This document shows positions 1-13,202 of a DNA stretch of 64,000 nucleotides, piece after piece. The notes under the pieces were generated by a model. It was not told the DNA's origin, did no database searches, and saw only the letters and a program-made list of their open reading frames with translations. Every line of letters begins with the position of its first letter. The stretch's first letter is position 1. This stretch comes from Eledone cirrhosa (Eukaryota). The stretch spans positions 156,178,001 through 156,242,000 of the forward strand of contig OZ024741.1 in NCBI GenBank assembly GCA_964016885.1. Direction: 5' to 3'. Position numbers and translations under genes: made by a program.

Positions 1-1723
1 GTTTCTTAATTTATTTGTTTCCCTCTGTATTTTGTTTTTGGAGGGCGAAGGAAGAGATTTTTTCTTTTTTGGTTTCTTTTTTTTTTCCGGATATCGTTTC
101 CCACTCGTCGTCGTCACAATCTGTCTCCAGTTGTGATAGGCCGGGGAGTGGAAAATCCTCCACAGCCGTTAGTTTTGGTTGTGGCGTGGTGGATGGTGTA
201 GACGCTGGTGCTAGTTCTGAAGCGTTGGGTGGTGGTGGTGTTGATTTTGCTGGTGGTGGTGGTGGTGTTGGTTTTGCTACTGTTGCTGGGGTTGTTGCTG
301 TTATAGTTGCTTCTGTTGTTGCTGCTACAGTTGTTGCTGCCATCTCTGCTACTGGTGGTGTTGATGGTTGTGTCACTTTGGTGGGTAGGAGAGGTGGCCT
401 CAACCTTTTAGCCTGAGGGCAGAAAGCCCTTAGGTGGGTTCCTTCACCACAAACGACACACCTAGGTCTTCTGCCCTCGACAATTACCGTGAGGTGGCTG
501 CCGTCAGTGAGGTCTATTACCTCTGGGATCTCCTCAATGCTTTTTTAGTCCGCTTGGATCAGGAGCTCCATCCCAGATCCGGACCAGTTTTCCTGCTTTT
601 CTTTTGCTATTGCTATTATTTTCGTGTTGGCTCCGATGCCGGCGAGGACGGCCGCTATTAGCCAGGGAATTTCGATGGCCGGTGGAACGTGGGTCACCCT
701 GATCTTTACGAGTCTCTGGCCACAATAGCTTGGGACGAGTGTGAAGTCGTCACTTTTTAATGGGGCCATGGAGTGTTCTCTAGCCTCCTCTGGTGTTTCA
801 AAGAATACGTCCACGGTTCCATACTTTTGCCCACGTCTGATGTGGGTTTTTCTTGCCCACACATGTCCCAAAGCTTTTTGGATTTGGGACTCGGATGCCC
901 GTTCCACTCGGCGCGATTTTACATTTATTGTTCTATACGACACGGTGCATAGGCGCCGATGCTCCATTTTATTAGGTGAGGGAGGGGTGAGGCTGACCCT
1001 GTACCCATCTTTCTTTACCATTTGTTTGGCATTTTCTAAATCCTCCTGAGTTACCGTATATGCTTCGAACTGTTTTGCTACTATTGCAAAACTGAGGGGC
1101 GTTTTTATAATGTCATTGTTGTTGTTGTTGCTATCGTTATTTGTGTTAATATTAATTTTAGTTTCAGTTGTGGTGGTGGTGACGTCAGTCGTCTTTGGTG
1201 GGGAAGAGTCCATTTTGCTTGATTTCATTTCGACATCACGAGTTAATTTATTTTTTTCTTCTTTTGTTTCTGTTGTCGCGGTGGTGGTGGTGGTGGTGGT
1301 TGTCGCGGTGGTGGTGGTGGTGGAGGCTTTAACACCTGCAGTCATTGGTAATGGCGGGAAATGAATGTCTGCCTGAGACAAATTTAAAATATTGCTAGTG
1401 CTTATATTTTTTTTGTGTTGGCAAACGTAGTAACATTTACAATGGTGGTGTCGGTGTGAGGTGTTAATTTGTGAGGAAGGCTTTCAGCTGCTTCGTGCAG
1501 AGGTGAATTAGCCATTTTTTTCAAAGAAATTTTTTTTATAATAATAAAAGTTTAAATTTTGGGCACACGGCCCCAATCTTTTTGGGTGTCCTTTTCGAAA
1601 AACAATGTATGTGCGCTTATAAACAGTTAACAATAAAATTTTCCATAAATGACAATTTTTAACAAACGGAAATAACAAACCTTTGCGGAGCTCACGATGA
1701 TACCATTTACTACGTATGTTGCC
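1..1723 (-). mobile_element. Tx1/L1-clade LINE, 5' part (5'UTR and frameshifted ORF1); continues off the window
   Basis: ORFs 545-1381 and 11-403 are homologous to ORF1 of the full-length copy at 13.2-15.2 kb (shared KSRRVERAxExQIQKALGxVW). A CCHC knuckle PRCVVCGEGTHLRAFC lies at about 420-470. The 5' end abuts (AAT)n. Confidence 0.85.

Positions 1724-1795
<72 letters not shown>
1724..1795 (+). repeat. (AAT)n microsatellite (LINE target site)
   Basis: Direct reading. Related tracts at 2245-2280, 2871-2934, 5489-5515, 9382-9435, 15427-15450 and 16424-16453 separate the LINE copies. Confidence 0.98.
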
Positions 1796-2244
1796 CAGGT
1801 GAAGGTGCTGTGGGATTTTAGGATACAGACGGACAAAAAACTGGAACACAATAGACCTGACCTGGTGGTTGTGGACAAAGAAAAAAGATCGTGTCTGATT
1901 GTGGATGTGGCCTGCACGTTCGACACGAGAGTGCAAGAGAAGGAGAGGGAGAACATTAACCGATACCAGGACCTAAAGTGGGAGGTGAAAAGGATTTGGA
2001 ACTGCCATGAAGTCAAACTGATCCCGATTGTCATAGGCGCACTGGGGACTATCTCCAAAAGTATCCAGGGATGGTTAAAGAAAATCGGCCCCTTCACGCT
2101 TTTTGGAACGCTTCAAAAGGCATGCTTGCTTGGAACAGCAAGAACCCTCCGATACGTCCTGAATATCTGAGGCTGCAGGTAGTGGCTTGATATTCAATCC
2201 AACGGACTTTCCAGTTAACCAACATCAATGACTGAGATTCAAGG
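1796..2244 (+). mobile_element. R4/Dong-type RLE LINE family A, 5'-truncated 3' fragment
   Basis: Translation LWDFRIQTD..HNRPDLVVVD..IVDVAC..EKE..RYQDL..PIVIGALG is a PD-(D/E)xK RLE domain. A short 3'UTR is followed by (AAT)n. Confidence 0.9.
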
Positions 2245-2280
2245 AATAACAACAATAATAATAATAATAATAATAATAAT

Positions 2281-2868
2281 GTGTAAGCATTTTGACCTGT
2301 CCCATCAAAAGAATTGGTGGGAGCATCAACCACCTCCCATACTTGAAAAAGATCACATCTCAATATTGTGGAACTTTAGCATCCAAACAGACCGAAAAAT
2401 AGATGCAAACAGACCTGATATAATATTGAAAGACTTTCAAAAGAGTTTATGCCTGCTAATTGATATGTCTGTTCCAATAGACAATAATGTATCTATAAAA
2501 ACATTTGAAAAATTGAGCAAGTATATGGACCTCGAGATAGAAATTGGAAAAATGTCGAAATTGAGAACTAAAACAATACCAGTGGTTGTAGGCGCTGTGG
2601 GAATGATACCTAAGGGGTCTCATGATTACTTATCGCAAATCCCAGGAAACCCGTGTATAGGAGAAATACAAAAGATAGTACTAATGGGAACTGCCCATAT
2701 ACTAAGGAACATTCTGTCAATATAAGTACATCACAAGTCTAAACACTAAAAATGCATGTGTGAGTATGTATGTTCTTTCTTGAACATGGCGGACCTTGTT
2801 GTCTCTTGAGGTCACTGGTTATGACTTGGTGATAACTCGTATGAACATAAAGCAAGATAAATGCAACT

Positions 2869-2870
<2 letters not shown>
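2281..2870 (+). mobile_element. R4/Dong-type RLE LINE family B, copy 1 (3' fragment)
   Basis: ORF 2228-2725 has the RLE domain (NRPDIILKD..IDMSVP..EKLSKY). The 3'UTR ends gataaatgcaactgt then (AAT)n, as in copies 2 and 3. Confidence 0.92.
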
Positions 2871-2932
<62 letters not shown>

Positions 2933-2934
2933 AT

Positions 2935-3062
2935 GTTTTCTTTATTAACCACAAGGGTATACATAAAGTATACATTAAGGACAGTACAGGACAATACAGG
3001 ACGGTACAAATGGGCATTTCTGCGTGTAAAAAAAACAGAGGATGAAATAAAATAACAAAAAA
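2935..3062 (-). mobile_element. Tx1 3'UTR fragment
   Basis: Near-identical to 9436-9565. On the minus strand AATAAA is followed by (ATT)n. Confidence 0.85.
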
Positions 3063-5488
3063 TATAACAGTTGAACAGTTGCGTTTGGCTCTAAGAAAAA
3101 CCAGCAAATGGAAATCCCCAGGAAAAGACAAAATACAAAACTTTTGGATAAATGCCTTCACAGAGTCTCATGAGCTGTTAGCCCAACTTTACAATGAAAT
3201 AGTTAAGGAGCCAGAAAAGATAACATCATGGCTAGTCAACGGCATTACATTCCTGCTTCCAAAGAATGATGAGACAAACAATCCCAAAAATTACAGACCG
3301 ATAACTTGCTTGACCACAATGTATAACATTTTAACATCAGTCCTAATTGAGTATACATATGACAATCTGATAACAAATGACCTATTTCCCATTGAGCAGA
3401 AAGGGTGTAAACGAGGCTCATATGCCTGTAAGAATCAGCTTTTGGTTAACAAAATGATACTGGAAGATTGTCATAATAGACACAAAAATCTATCAATTCC
3501 TTGGATAGATTATAAAAAAGCATTCGATAGTTTGCCACTAAGTTGGATTGTAAAATGTTTAGAGATTTTCAAAATATCCCCTGTTGTCAGGAGGTTTTTG
3601 TCATTCAGTATGAAGACATGGAAAACGACACTCCTTTTGAATAGTGAAAAAAAATCACTGGAAGCTGGAGAAGTTAATATAAATTGTGGAATTTTTCAGG
3701 GTGACTCATTATCACCGCTTTTATTCTGCATCGCACTTATAAGATTAAGTAAAATGCTCAATGAAACAAATCACGGATATGAAGTCTATGACAAATCCAT
3801 TAATCACTTGTTCTACATGGATGACCTGAAACTATTTGCAAAAAATGATGAACAATTGCAAGGGCTATTTATCCACTGGGGAGCAGTTCAGTGATGACAT
3901 TAAAATGAAGTTTGGACTAGATAAATGCGCCAAAGCAACGTTCACCAGAGGAAAGCTGCTGAAAAGTTCAGACATTATTCTTGATCGAGGGAATGTGATA
4001 AGAGAACTTGATCAAGAAAAAACTTACAAATATCTAGGTGTTTGTGAAGGAGACGGAATCAAGCACTCGACAATGAGGGAAAGGATAAGGAAGGAATGTT
4101 ACCGCAGAGTAAGAGCATTCTTAAGAACGGAATGCAAGGAATAGGATAGATGCCATAAACACGCTTGCCATACCAGTAGTAATCTACAGTTACAATGTCA
4201 TCAACTGGTCAAGCACAGAGATCCGTAGGCTCGATAAAAAAATTAGAAAATTCTTAACCATACACAGAATGCATCACCCTAAGGCAGATACAGAGAGAAT
4301 ATATCTCCCTAGGAAAGAAGGAGGACGTGGGTTAATCCAGTTAGACATTGCGTTGAAAACTACAACAATTGGATTATCTACATATCTAAGGGAATCACAT
4401 GATTGGATGATCAAACTCGTTTTGAAACACGAAAGCATCAAAAGATCATATTCCATTACAAAAGATGCACAAAGATACAGTAATGGACTACATATTTCAG
4501 AAGTCCCATTTACTGCTGAAATGGAAAACACAGAAAAAGCAAAGCAGGTAAAAGTAACTGCAAAGAAAGAACTGCTACAGAAACTGGCTAAGAAATGGCA
4601 AGAAAAGCCTCTGTGTGGAAAATACCCAGAACGAGCTAACAATCGTGATGTTGACAAAACTTTAACCCTTCAGTGATTGGCATCCTCTGGACTGAAATCG
4701 GAGACTGAAGGACTGATTATATCAGCACAAGATCAGTGTCTGCCAACAAAAAATTACCAAGCCAACATAATAAAAAATGGATGCAGCCCATTATGCCGTG
4801 TATGTAAAAAACAACCAGAGACCATTGACCATATAATTTCAATGTGCAGTCCTATAGCTCCAACCGAATACCTAAACAGGCATGACAGAGCTGCACAATA
4901 CATACATTGGATAATGTGTAAGCATTTTGACCTGCCCCATCAAAAGAATTGGTGGGAGCATCGGCCACCTCTCATACTTGAAGAAGATCAACTTTAGCAT
5001 CCAAACAGACCGAAAAATAGATGCAAATAGACCTGATATAATATTGAAGGACTTTAAAAAAAGGGTATGCCTGCTAATTGATATGTCCGTTCCAATAGAC
5101 AAGAATGTATCTATAAAAACATTTGAAAAATTGAGCAAGTATAAGGACCTCGAGATAGAAATTGGAAAAATGTGGAAATTGAGAACTAAAACAATACCAG
5201 TGGTTGTAGGCGCTCTAGGAATGATACCTAAGGGGTCTAATGATTACTTATCGCAAATCCCAGGAAACCCGCGTATAGGAGAAATACAAAAGATAGCACT
5301 AATGGGAACTGCCCATATACTAAGGAAGATTCTGTCAATATAAGTACATCACAAGTCTAAACACTAAAGATGCATGTGTGAATATGTATGTTCTTTCTTG
5401 AACATGGCGGACCTTGTTGTCTCTTGAGGTCACTGGTTGTGACTTGGTGATAACTCGTATGAACATAAAGCAAGATAAATGCAACTGT
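3063..5488 (+). mobile_element. R4/Dong-type RLE LINE family B, copy 2 (5'-truncated, disrupted RT-CCHC-RLE)
   Basis: RT motifs NYRPITCL, WIDYKKAFDS, GIFQGDSLSP and YMDDLK, zinc knuckle CRVC..ETIDHIISMC, and RLE. Several frameshifts and stops. Confidence 0.95.
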
Positions 5489-5515
5489 AATAATAATAAT
5501 AATAATAATAATAAT

Positions 5516-6497
5516 GATTTCTTTATTGGCCACAAGGGCTGACATCAAGAAAAACATTACAGACGGCACAGGACGGTACAGGACGGTACGATGTGTGTTT
5601 GTGCGTGTAGATATTTTTATTATTTATATAAAATAGGAAAAAAAAGACATAGAAACATATATATATATATATAAACAATAAAAATGAAAATTTAAACAAT
5701 GAAAAATTCCCCAGTAGGGGAGAAACCTCCGAGGGTTACTCGTGGCAAACACCACACAAAAGACCACGGCCACTCTGACCACCAGAGGAAGTGCCCTCTA
5801 TCAATTTTTATATTTCTCAAACTACAGGAGTATATTGAGAGCGGTTCCCTTCATCGGACCATTCTCGCTACATTCACCCACCTTTCAACAAACTTGCTAC
5901 TAGGAAACACTTGCCTCTCCACCTTGATTTTCCTCTTCAAGTGAAACTTGAAAAAGTTAATTAGGGATTCGCCGAAGAGGAAAGTATCTGTCTTTAACCC
6001 TTTCAACCGTGTCCACAGAATCTCTTTCGCCATGGCCACCAGGCAGATGAAAACCGCCTGCCCTTCCTCCTCGAAGGAAGACGGCGAGACCATCTGCACA
6101 ATGGACTCAGTCGATAAACGGATCAGTCCTACACGCGACAGCAACTGTTCGACATAGCTCCACAAGTCAGCAATGCTCGGGCACTGAAACGAGTGCGTGC
6201 ACGACGGTTTCGTCGCTCTGCGCGCATCTCGGACAGGCTCGGCTGACGGCACTTCCGTGCCTGTAAAGCTTATCTCGAACCGGCAAAGCTCCCCGGTAGC
6301 ACTGCCAGGCCAGGAATTTTTGGAAATTATCCATAGGCCCTGGGCTGAAATTTCTCCGGAAGAGAGCAAACAGCTGAGTTTCTCCGACGCCCAGGATCTC
6401 TCCGAGAACGTCGTCGCTCTTCCCTTCCACTAGTCCTCTATATAATGCCGAGGTGGATGTTCCACCGATACTGGTGCCCAGCTGGCAAAGGGCAGTG
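5516..6497 (-). mobile_element. Tx1 LINE 3' fragment (ORF2 C-terminal zinc region and 3'UTR)
   Basis: WQCYRGALPVRDKL..CPRC..ETVVHAL matches ORF 9690-10319. Poly(A) signal then (ATT)n on the minus strand. Confidence 0.92.
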
Positions 6498-9379
6498 CAG
6501 TGAAAATGAAAAAAACAAAGGAATTCCTACAAGAAATCTACTTGGCAAGAGAACATCAATCGCCAAATAAACCTTCTCCGATCTGACATAGAAATTTTAA
6601 CAAACTACAAAGTAGGTGAACATGTTAAACAAACTAAACTTAGAAAATTGAAAAGGAAATACAGTATAAAATCAACAAATGACATAGACATACTGATAGA
6701 AATAATCAAGCAAAAAGTGTCGGCCAAAGCTGCTCGTATAAGGCGCTTTGAAAAACGATCTAGATTCTATAAGGACAATAATATGTTCAAAAACAACCAA
6801 AGGAACTTCTACAGAACAATTGGCAAGTCAACAATAACTACTCAATCAATACTACCCAAGGAGGAAGTGCAAGAATTCTGGGAAAAGATCTGGGCCGAAG
6901 AAAAAGTTCATAATATACATGCACCATGGATAGACAGACAAATGAAAGATACAGCTCACCTTGAGAAACAAATATGGGAAACTATAATAGTTGAACAGTT
7001 GCGTTTGGCTCTTAGAATAACCAGCAAATGGAAATCCCCAGGAAAAGACAAAATAGCAAATTTCTGGATAAATGCCTTCACAGAGTCTCATGAGCTGTTA
7101 GCCCAACTTTACAATGAAATAGTTAAGGAGCCAGAAAAGATACCATCATGGCTAGGAAACGGCATAACATTCCGGCTTCCGAAGAATGATGAGACAAACA
7201 ATCCCAAAAATTACAGACCGATAACTTGCTTTACCACAATGTATAAAATTTTAACATCAGTCTTAACTGAATATACATATGACCACCTGATAACAAATGA
7301 TCTATTTCCCAATGAGCAGAAAGGGTGTAAACGAGGCTCATATAGCTGGAAGGATCAGCTTTTGGTTAACAAAATGATACTGGAAGATTGTCATAATAGA
7401 CACAAAAATCTATCAATTGCTTGGATAGATTATAAAAAAGCATTCGATAGTTTGCCACACAGTTGGATTGAAAAATGTTTAGAGATTTTCAAAATATCTC
7501 CCGTTGTCAGGAGGTTTCTGTCATTCAGTATGAAGACATGGAAAACGACACACCTTTTGAATAGTGAAAAAAAATCACTGGAAGCTGGAGAAGTTAATAT
7601 TAATTGTGGAATTTTTCAGGGTGACTCTTTATCACCGCTTTTATTCTGCATCGCACTTATACCATTAAGTAAAATGCTCAATGAAACAAAACATGGATAT
7701 AAAGTCTATGACAAAACCATTAATCACTTGTTCTACATGGATGACCTGAAACTATTTGCAAAAAATGATGAACAGTTGCAAGGGCTATTATCCACTGTGG
7801 AGCAGTTCAGAGATGACATTAAAATGGAGTTTGGACTAGATAAATGCGCCAAAGCAACGTTCACCAGAGGAAAGCTGCTGAAAAGTTCAGATATTAATCT
7901 TGATCGGGGGAATGTGATAAGAGAACTTGATCAAGAGGAAACTTACAAATATCTAGGTGTTTGTGAAGGAGACGGAATCAAGCACTCGACAATGAGGGAA
8001 AGGATAAGGAAGGAATGTTACCGCAGAGTAAAAGCAATATTAAGAACGGAATTGAATGCAAGGAATAGGATCAGTGCCATAAACACGCTTGCCATACCAG
8101 TAGTAACCGACAGTTACAATGTCATCAACTGATCAAGCACAGAGATCCGTAGGCTCGATACAAAAATTAGAAAATTCTTAACCATGCACAGAATGCATCA
8201 CCCTAAGGCAGATACAGATAGAATATATCTCCCTAGGAAAGACGAAGGACGTGGGTTAATCCAGTTAGATATTACGTTGAAAACTGCAACAATTGGATTA
8301 TCTACATATCTAAGGGAATCACATGACTGGATGATCAAACTCGTTTTGAAACACGAAAGCATCAAAAGATCATACTCCATTACAAAAGATGCACAAAGAT
8401 ACAGTAATGGACTACAAATTTCAGAAGTTCCATTTACTGCTGAAATGGAAAACACAGAAAATGCAAAGAAAGTAAAAGTAACTGCAAAGAAAGAACTGCT
8501 ACAGAAACTGGCTAAGAAATGGCAAGAGAAGCCTCTGTATGAAAAATACCCAGAAAGAGCTAACAATCCTTATGTTGACAAAACTTTAAACCATCAGTGG
8601 TTAGCATCCTCTGGACTGAAATCGGAGACTGAAGGACTGATTATATCAGCACAAGATCAGTGTCTGCCAACAAAAAATTACCAAGCCAACATAATAAAAA
8701 ATGGATGCAGCCCATTATGCCGTGTATGTAAAAAACAACCAGAGACCATTGACCATATAATTTCAATGTGCAGTCCTATAGCTCCAACCGAATACCTAAA
8801 CAGGCATGACAGAGCTGCACAATACATACATTGGATAATGTGTAAGCATTTTGACCTGCCCCATCAAAAGAATTGGTGGGAGCATCAGCCACCTCTCATA
8901 GTTGAAAAAGATCACATCTCAATCTTGTGGAACTTTAGCATCCAAACAGACCGAAAAATAGATGCAAACAGACCTGATATAATATTGAAGCACTTTAAAA
9001 AGAGGGTATGCCTGCTAATTGAAATGTCGGTTCTAATAGACAAGAATGTATCTATAAAAACATTTGAAAAATTGAGCAAGTATAAGGACCTCGAGATAGA
9101 AATTGGAAAAGTGTGGAAATTGAGAATTAAAACAATACCAGTGGTTGTAGGTGCTCTAGGAATGATACCTAAGGCGTCTAATGATTACTTATCGCAAATC
9201 CCAGGAAACTGCCCATATACTAAGGAAGATTCTGTCAATATCACAAGTCTAAACACCTAAAGATGCATGTGTGAGTATGTATCTTCTTTCTTGAACATGG
9301 CGGACCTTTTTGTCTCTTGTGGTCACTGGTTGTGACTTGGTGATAACTCGTATGAACATAAAGCAAGATAAATGCAACT

Positions 9380-9381
<2 letters not shown>
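6498..9381 (+). mobile_element. R4/Dong-type RLE LINE family B, copy 3 (longest copy, disrupted)
   Basis: ORF 6648-8132 (RT, YMDD) and ORF 8184-9260 (CCHC and RLE) are separated by a TGA where copy 2 has TGG. Small deletions near the C-terminus. Ends in (AAT)n. Confidence 0.95.
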
Positions 9382-9437
<56 letters not shown>

Positions 9438-9689
9438 TTTCTTTATTAACCACAAGGGTTTACATAAAGTAGACATTAAGGACAGTGCAGGACAATACAG
9501 GACGGTACAAATAGGCATTTCTGCGTGTAAAAAAACAAAAAAAACAGAGGGTGTAACAAAAAATAACAATGAAAAATTCCCCAATAGGGGGGAGACTTCG
9601 GAGGGAGATTTGTGGAGAAAGCCCAGTAAAAAGACACAATGACTCTGACCACCAAGGCAAGTGCCCTCTCCCAGTTTTCCACCTTTAAT

Positions 9690-12600
9690 TTACAGATATA
9701 TACTCAGAGTAGGCCCATTCACTCGGGCCATCCTTGCTTCTCTCACCCATCTTTCAACAAAATGCTGGGAAGAGAGCACTTCCCTCTCTACTCTGATTTT
9801 CCTTTTCAAATGAAATTTGAAAAAGTCAATCAGAGCATCACCGAAGAGGTAAGTGCTCGTCTTCAGCCCTTTCAAACGTGTCCACCATACTATCTCTTTC
9901 GCCATGGCCACCAGACAGATAAAAACTGCCTGCCCTTCCCGGCTAAAGGAGGAGGGCGGGGCAATCCTCACGATGGACTCAGATGATAGCCGGATCCGTC
10001 CTAAACGCGACAAGTCAGCAATTTTCGGACACTGGACGAGTGCGTGCAGGACGGTTTCGTCGCCCTGCGCGCATCTCGGACATGCCCGGCTGACGGCACC
10101 TCCATGCCTGTAGAGTTTATCCCGAACTGGAAAGGCTCCTCGGTAGCACTGCCAGGCCAGGGATTTCTGGAAGTTGTCCATAGGCCCTGGCCCGAAAGTT
10201 CTTCCGAGGAGATTGGCTAGTTGATTTTCGTCGACGCCTAGAGTTTCCCCAAGTACGTCGTCGCTCTTCCCCTCCACTAATCCTCTATAGAACGCCGAGG
10301 TGGAGTTTCCACCGATCACATTGCCCGATTGGTCGAGGGCTGTGAGCGCCTGAAGACATTCCAGTCTCTAGGTGCTCCCTCTCGGTCTTCGCTTGACCTA
10401 GGACTGCAGCTCCGTCAAGGAAACGAGCTGGGGAAATACGTGTCTAGCAAACGGCGACCACACCTGATCACCGTCGAGGAAGAGGTGGAGATGTCGTAGC
10501 CTGAGCGCGTGCCTGCGCATCATCAGCCACGGCACGCCCAGCCCTCCACGTGGCGGGTGTTGACAACAGATGGACCGCCTGACCATCGGAGCGCGTCCCT
10601 TCCACAAAAAGCGAAAGAGCAAACGCTCCAGCGCAGTCAGGCGAGGCTTAGGAGAAGATACGACGGTCAGGCGGTAGCAGATGACGGACGCGATGTACGC
10701 GTTAGCCACCTCCGCTCGACTTTTTAGGGATAGCTTCCTCTCGGCCCATTTCTGGGTGAGAGAAACGACCCTGCTCGTCACCTCGTCCCAGTTTTTGTCC
10801 GTCTGGAGGTCCGGACCGAACCAGACCCCTAGCAATTTAACCGGTCCGTCCGTCCAGCATCCGGCGACGCTGTTGGACGGCATGGACCTGCCTCTCCAGG
10901 TGCCGAGCTGCAGGCCCACTGACTTTTTCTGGTTGATCATTGCTCCTGTCACCGCTTCGTATTCTCTTAGTGTAGTGCCGATCGCCTCGATGTGTTTGGC
11001 GTTCGACACCACTACGGTGACATCGTCCGCATATGCTGACACGGATCTTCCGCATCCTAGTTCGCGCGGGACGCCCCTCAACGTCTCCAGTTTGTGCAGT
11101 AATGGCTCGAGAGTCAATACGTACAAGAGGGACGAGTGGCGACATCCTTGGCGGACCGAGCGCATGATGTTGAACGGTTCCGACAGGTGACCGTTCACTC
11201 TCACCACAGAGCAGATGTCGCTGTGCATGGCAGCGATCCGGCCTCTGAAGACGGGCCCAAAGCCAGCGGCCCCCAGGACTGCCGCTAGGTAACGATGGTT
11301 GACCCTATCGAAAGCTTTCGACTGATCTAAATTGATCAAGGACCCACCCGTGCAAGGTTCCCTAGCTACCCTCTCTACGATGTATCGCATGAGGTGGAGG
11401 TTGTCGTGGATGGATCTGTCGGGAATTGCGCATGTCTGCGCCTCTCCTACCAGACCACCAACGACAAGCGCCAACCTCTTTGCTAGCACCTTCGCCAAAA
11501 TCTTGAACTCTGTGTTTAGCAGAGTTATGGGCTGGAAATTATATATGTTATCCCCCTCTTTCGGATCCTTTCTCAGCAGTGCCATCGCTCCTCGGCTCAC
11601 AGAACTGGGAATTCTCCCGTTCTGTTGCCAGTTGCGGTAGACGTCCGCCAAGAGGCCTCCGAACAAGTCTGGCATCTGTACGTAAAGTTCATAGGGCAGA
11701 CCATCCAAACCAGGCGATTTACCCCTTGTGCAGCCAGTCATTGCCTCCCTTACTTCAGCGGCTGTTATCGGCTTTTCGCAACACTTCGCCTCAGTGGCCG
11801 AGAGCCGCGGCAGTCCGTCGAGGTAGACACTAAAGTCCATCCCTCGACCCGGCCCACCGCTGCCCCCGAACAGCTGAGCGAAGTGTCGCTGAAAAGCTTC
11901 ACACATTTTCCCGGGATCGAGTAGCATGCGCCCGTCGTGGTCCACCAAAGACCGGATCGTGGCTTTGTTGCCACGACGCGCCTCCGCCACTCGGCCCATT
12001 GAACGGCTTTCGTCCCCTCGTGTCTGAGAGCACGCACCCTTGCTCTGACAACGCAGCCTTCGTTCTTTGCATTGAAGAATTGGTCAAGGGCCAATTTCGC
12101 CGCAAGCACGTCTGTCGCAATGCCTTTGCTAAGCGCCTCGTCTTATTTTCTAACTAATTCTCCCTCTGCTCTATTTTTCTCTATTGCTAAAGCCTTACTA
12201 AACCTAATGGATTCTATTCTAATCGCTCTTTTCAGAGCAAACCACCACTTGTTGTTGACGATGGCCCCCGTCAACGCCCGCTTAACTAGTTCGCTAATCC
12301 GGTCTCTGTAGGCCTTGCGCGCTGGTAGGACGCGTTTAGCTTCCAGTAGCCGGGTCCTCGTCAATGAAGCCTATCTAAGTCAAGCACACAGATCACAAAT
12401 TTGTGGTCCGTGTAGCTGACTATCTTGAATTGTGGACAGCCTATGCTAGACCTATCCTTTTCCCTACAAAATACTCTATCTAGATATGATCTGGATGACC
12501 CTATGCGATTTGTCCAAGTCCACATTGGCACATTTGGGAAATCCAATCGGTACCTGTCAGACAGTTCAAAACGCCTGAGCAGGTTGGTGAGGCTCTTGCA

Positions 12601-13083
12601 CCCTCCACCCCTATCCGCTAATCCCACACAATCCCAGCGTGCATCTAAGATCCCGTTCCAGTCGCCCACTAACAGTAAAGAGTGGGACGTTCCAAGAAAG
12701 GTCTCCAGACGCCGGAAGAAATCAGGCCGCCCTGCTCCTGTCGGGGCACAGACGGCCACTAGCCTGAAAGCTTGCCCGTCTCCGCTGGTCACGTCCAGCA
12801 CCACCAGCTTACCCTCTGGGTCCAGGAAGATGGCCCGTATGGCGAGATCCAAACCTCTCCGAAAAAGCACAGCAACTCCTCCCCCCGATCCAGGACGGCT
12901 GGGAGATGCGTACACATCGTAGCCGCCAAAGATCGGTGCGGAGGCCCGTGCTTCGGAGATTCTGGTCTCGCTGATGGCTACTACATCTATGTTTAGTGAC
13001 CTGAGGTCGTTGAGCAGGTGACCCTGCTTCCATGACGACCCCAAGCCACGCGCATTTATGCTGCCTATTCTGAGTGAGGTCAT
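9690..13083 (-). pseudogene. Tx1 ORF2 (APE endonuclease, reverse transcriptase, zinc region), frameshifted
   Basis: APE: SINARG, ISETR, VGDWN, SYLDRV, TDHK. RT: PITLLNTEFKILAK, LDQSKAFDRV, SVRQGC, AYADD. C-terminus: CPRC..ETVLHAL..C. Confidence 0.93.
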
Positions 13084-13202
13084 GTTTAAAATAGAGCGGA
13101 AAAGATGGGAAAGACCACTTACCGTACTTTTCGTAGAGGAGGGATGGTTTTTACATCCCTTTTCACTTGATAGTCTGGTGAAGGGACCGTTGAATCGTCC
13201 CT

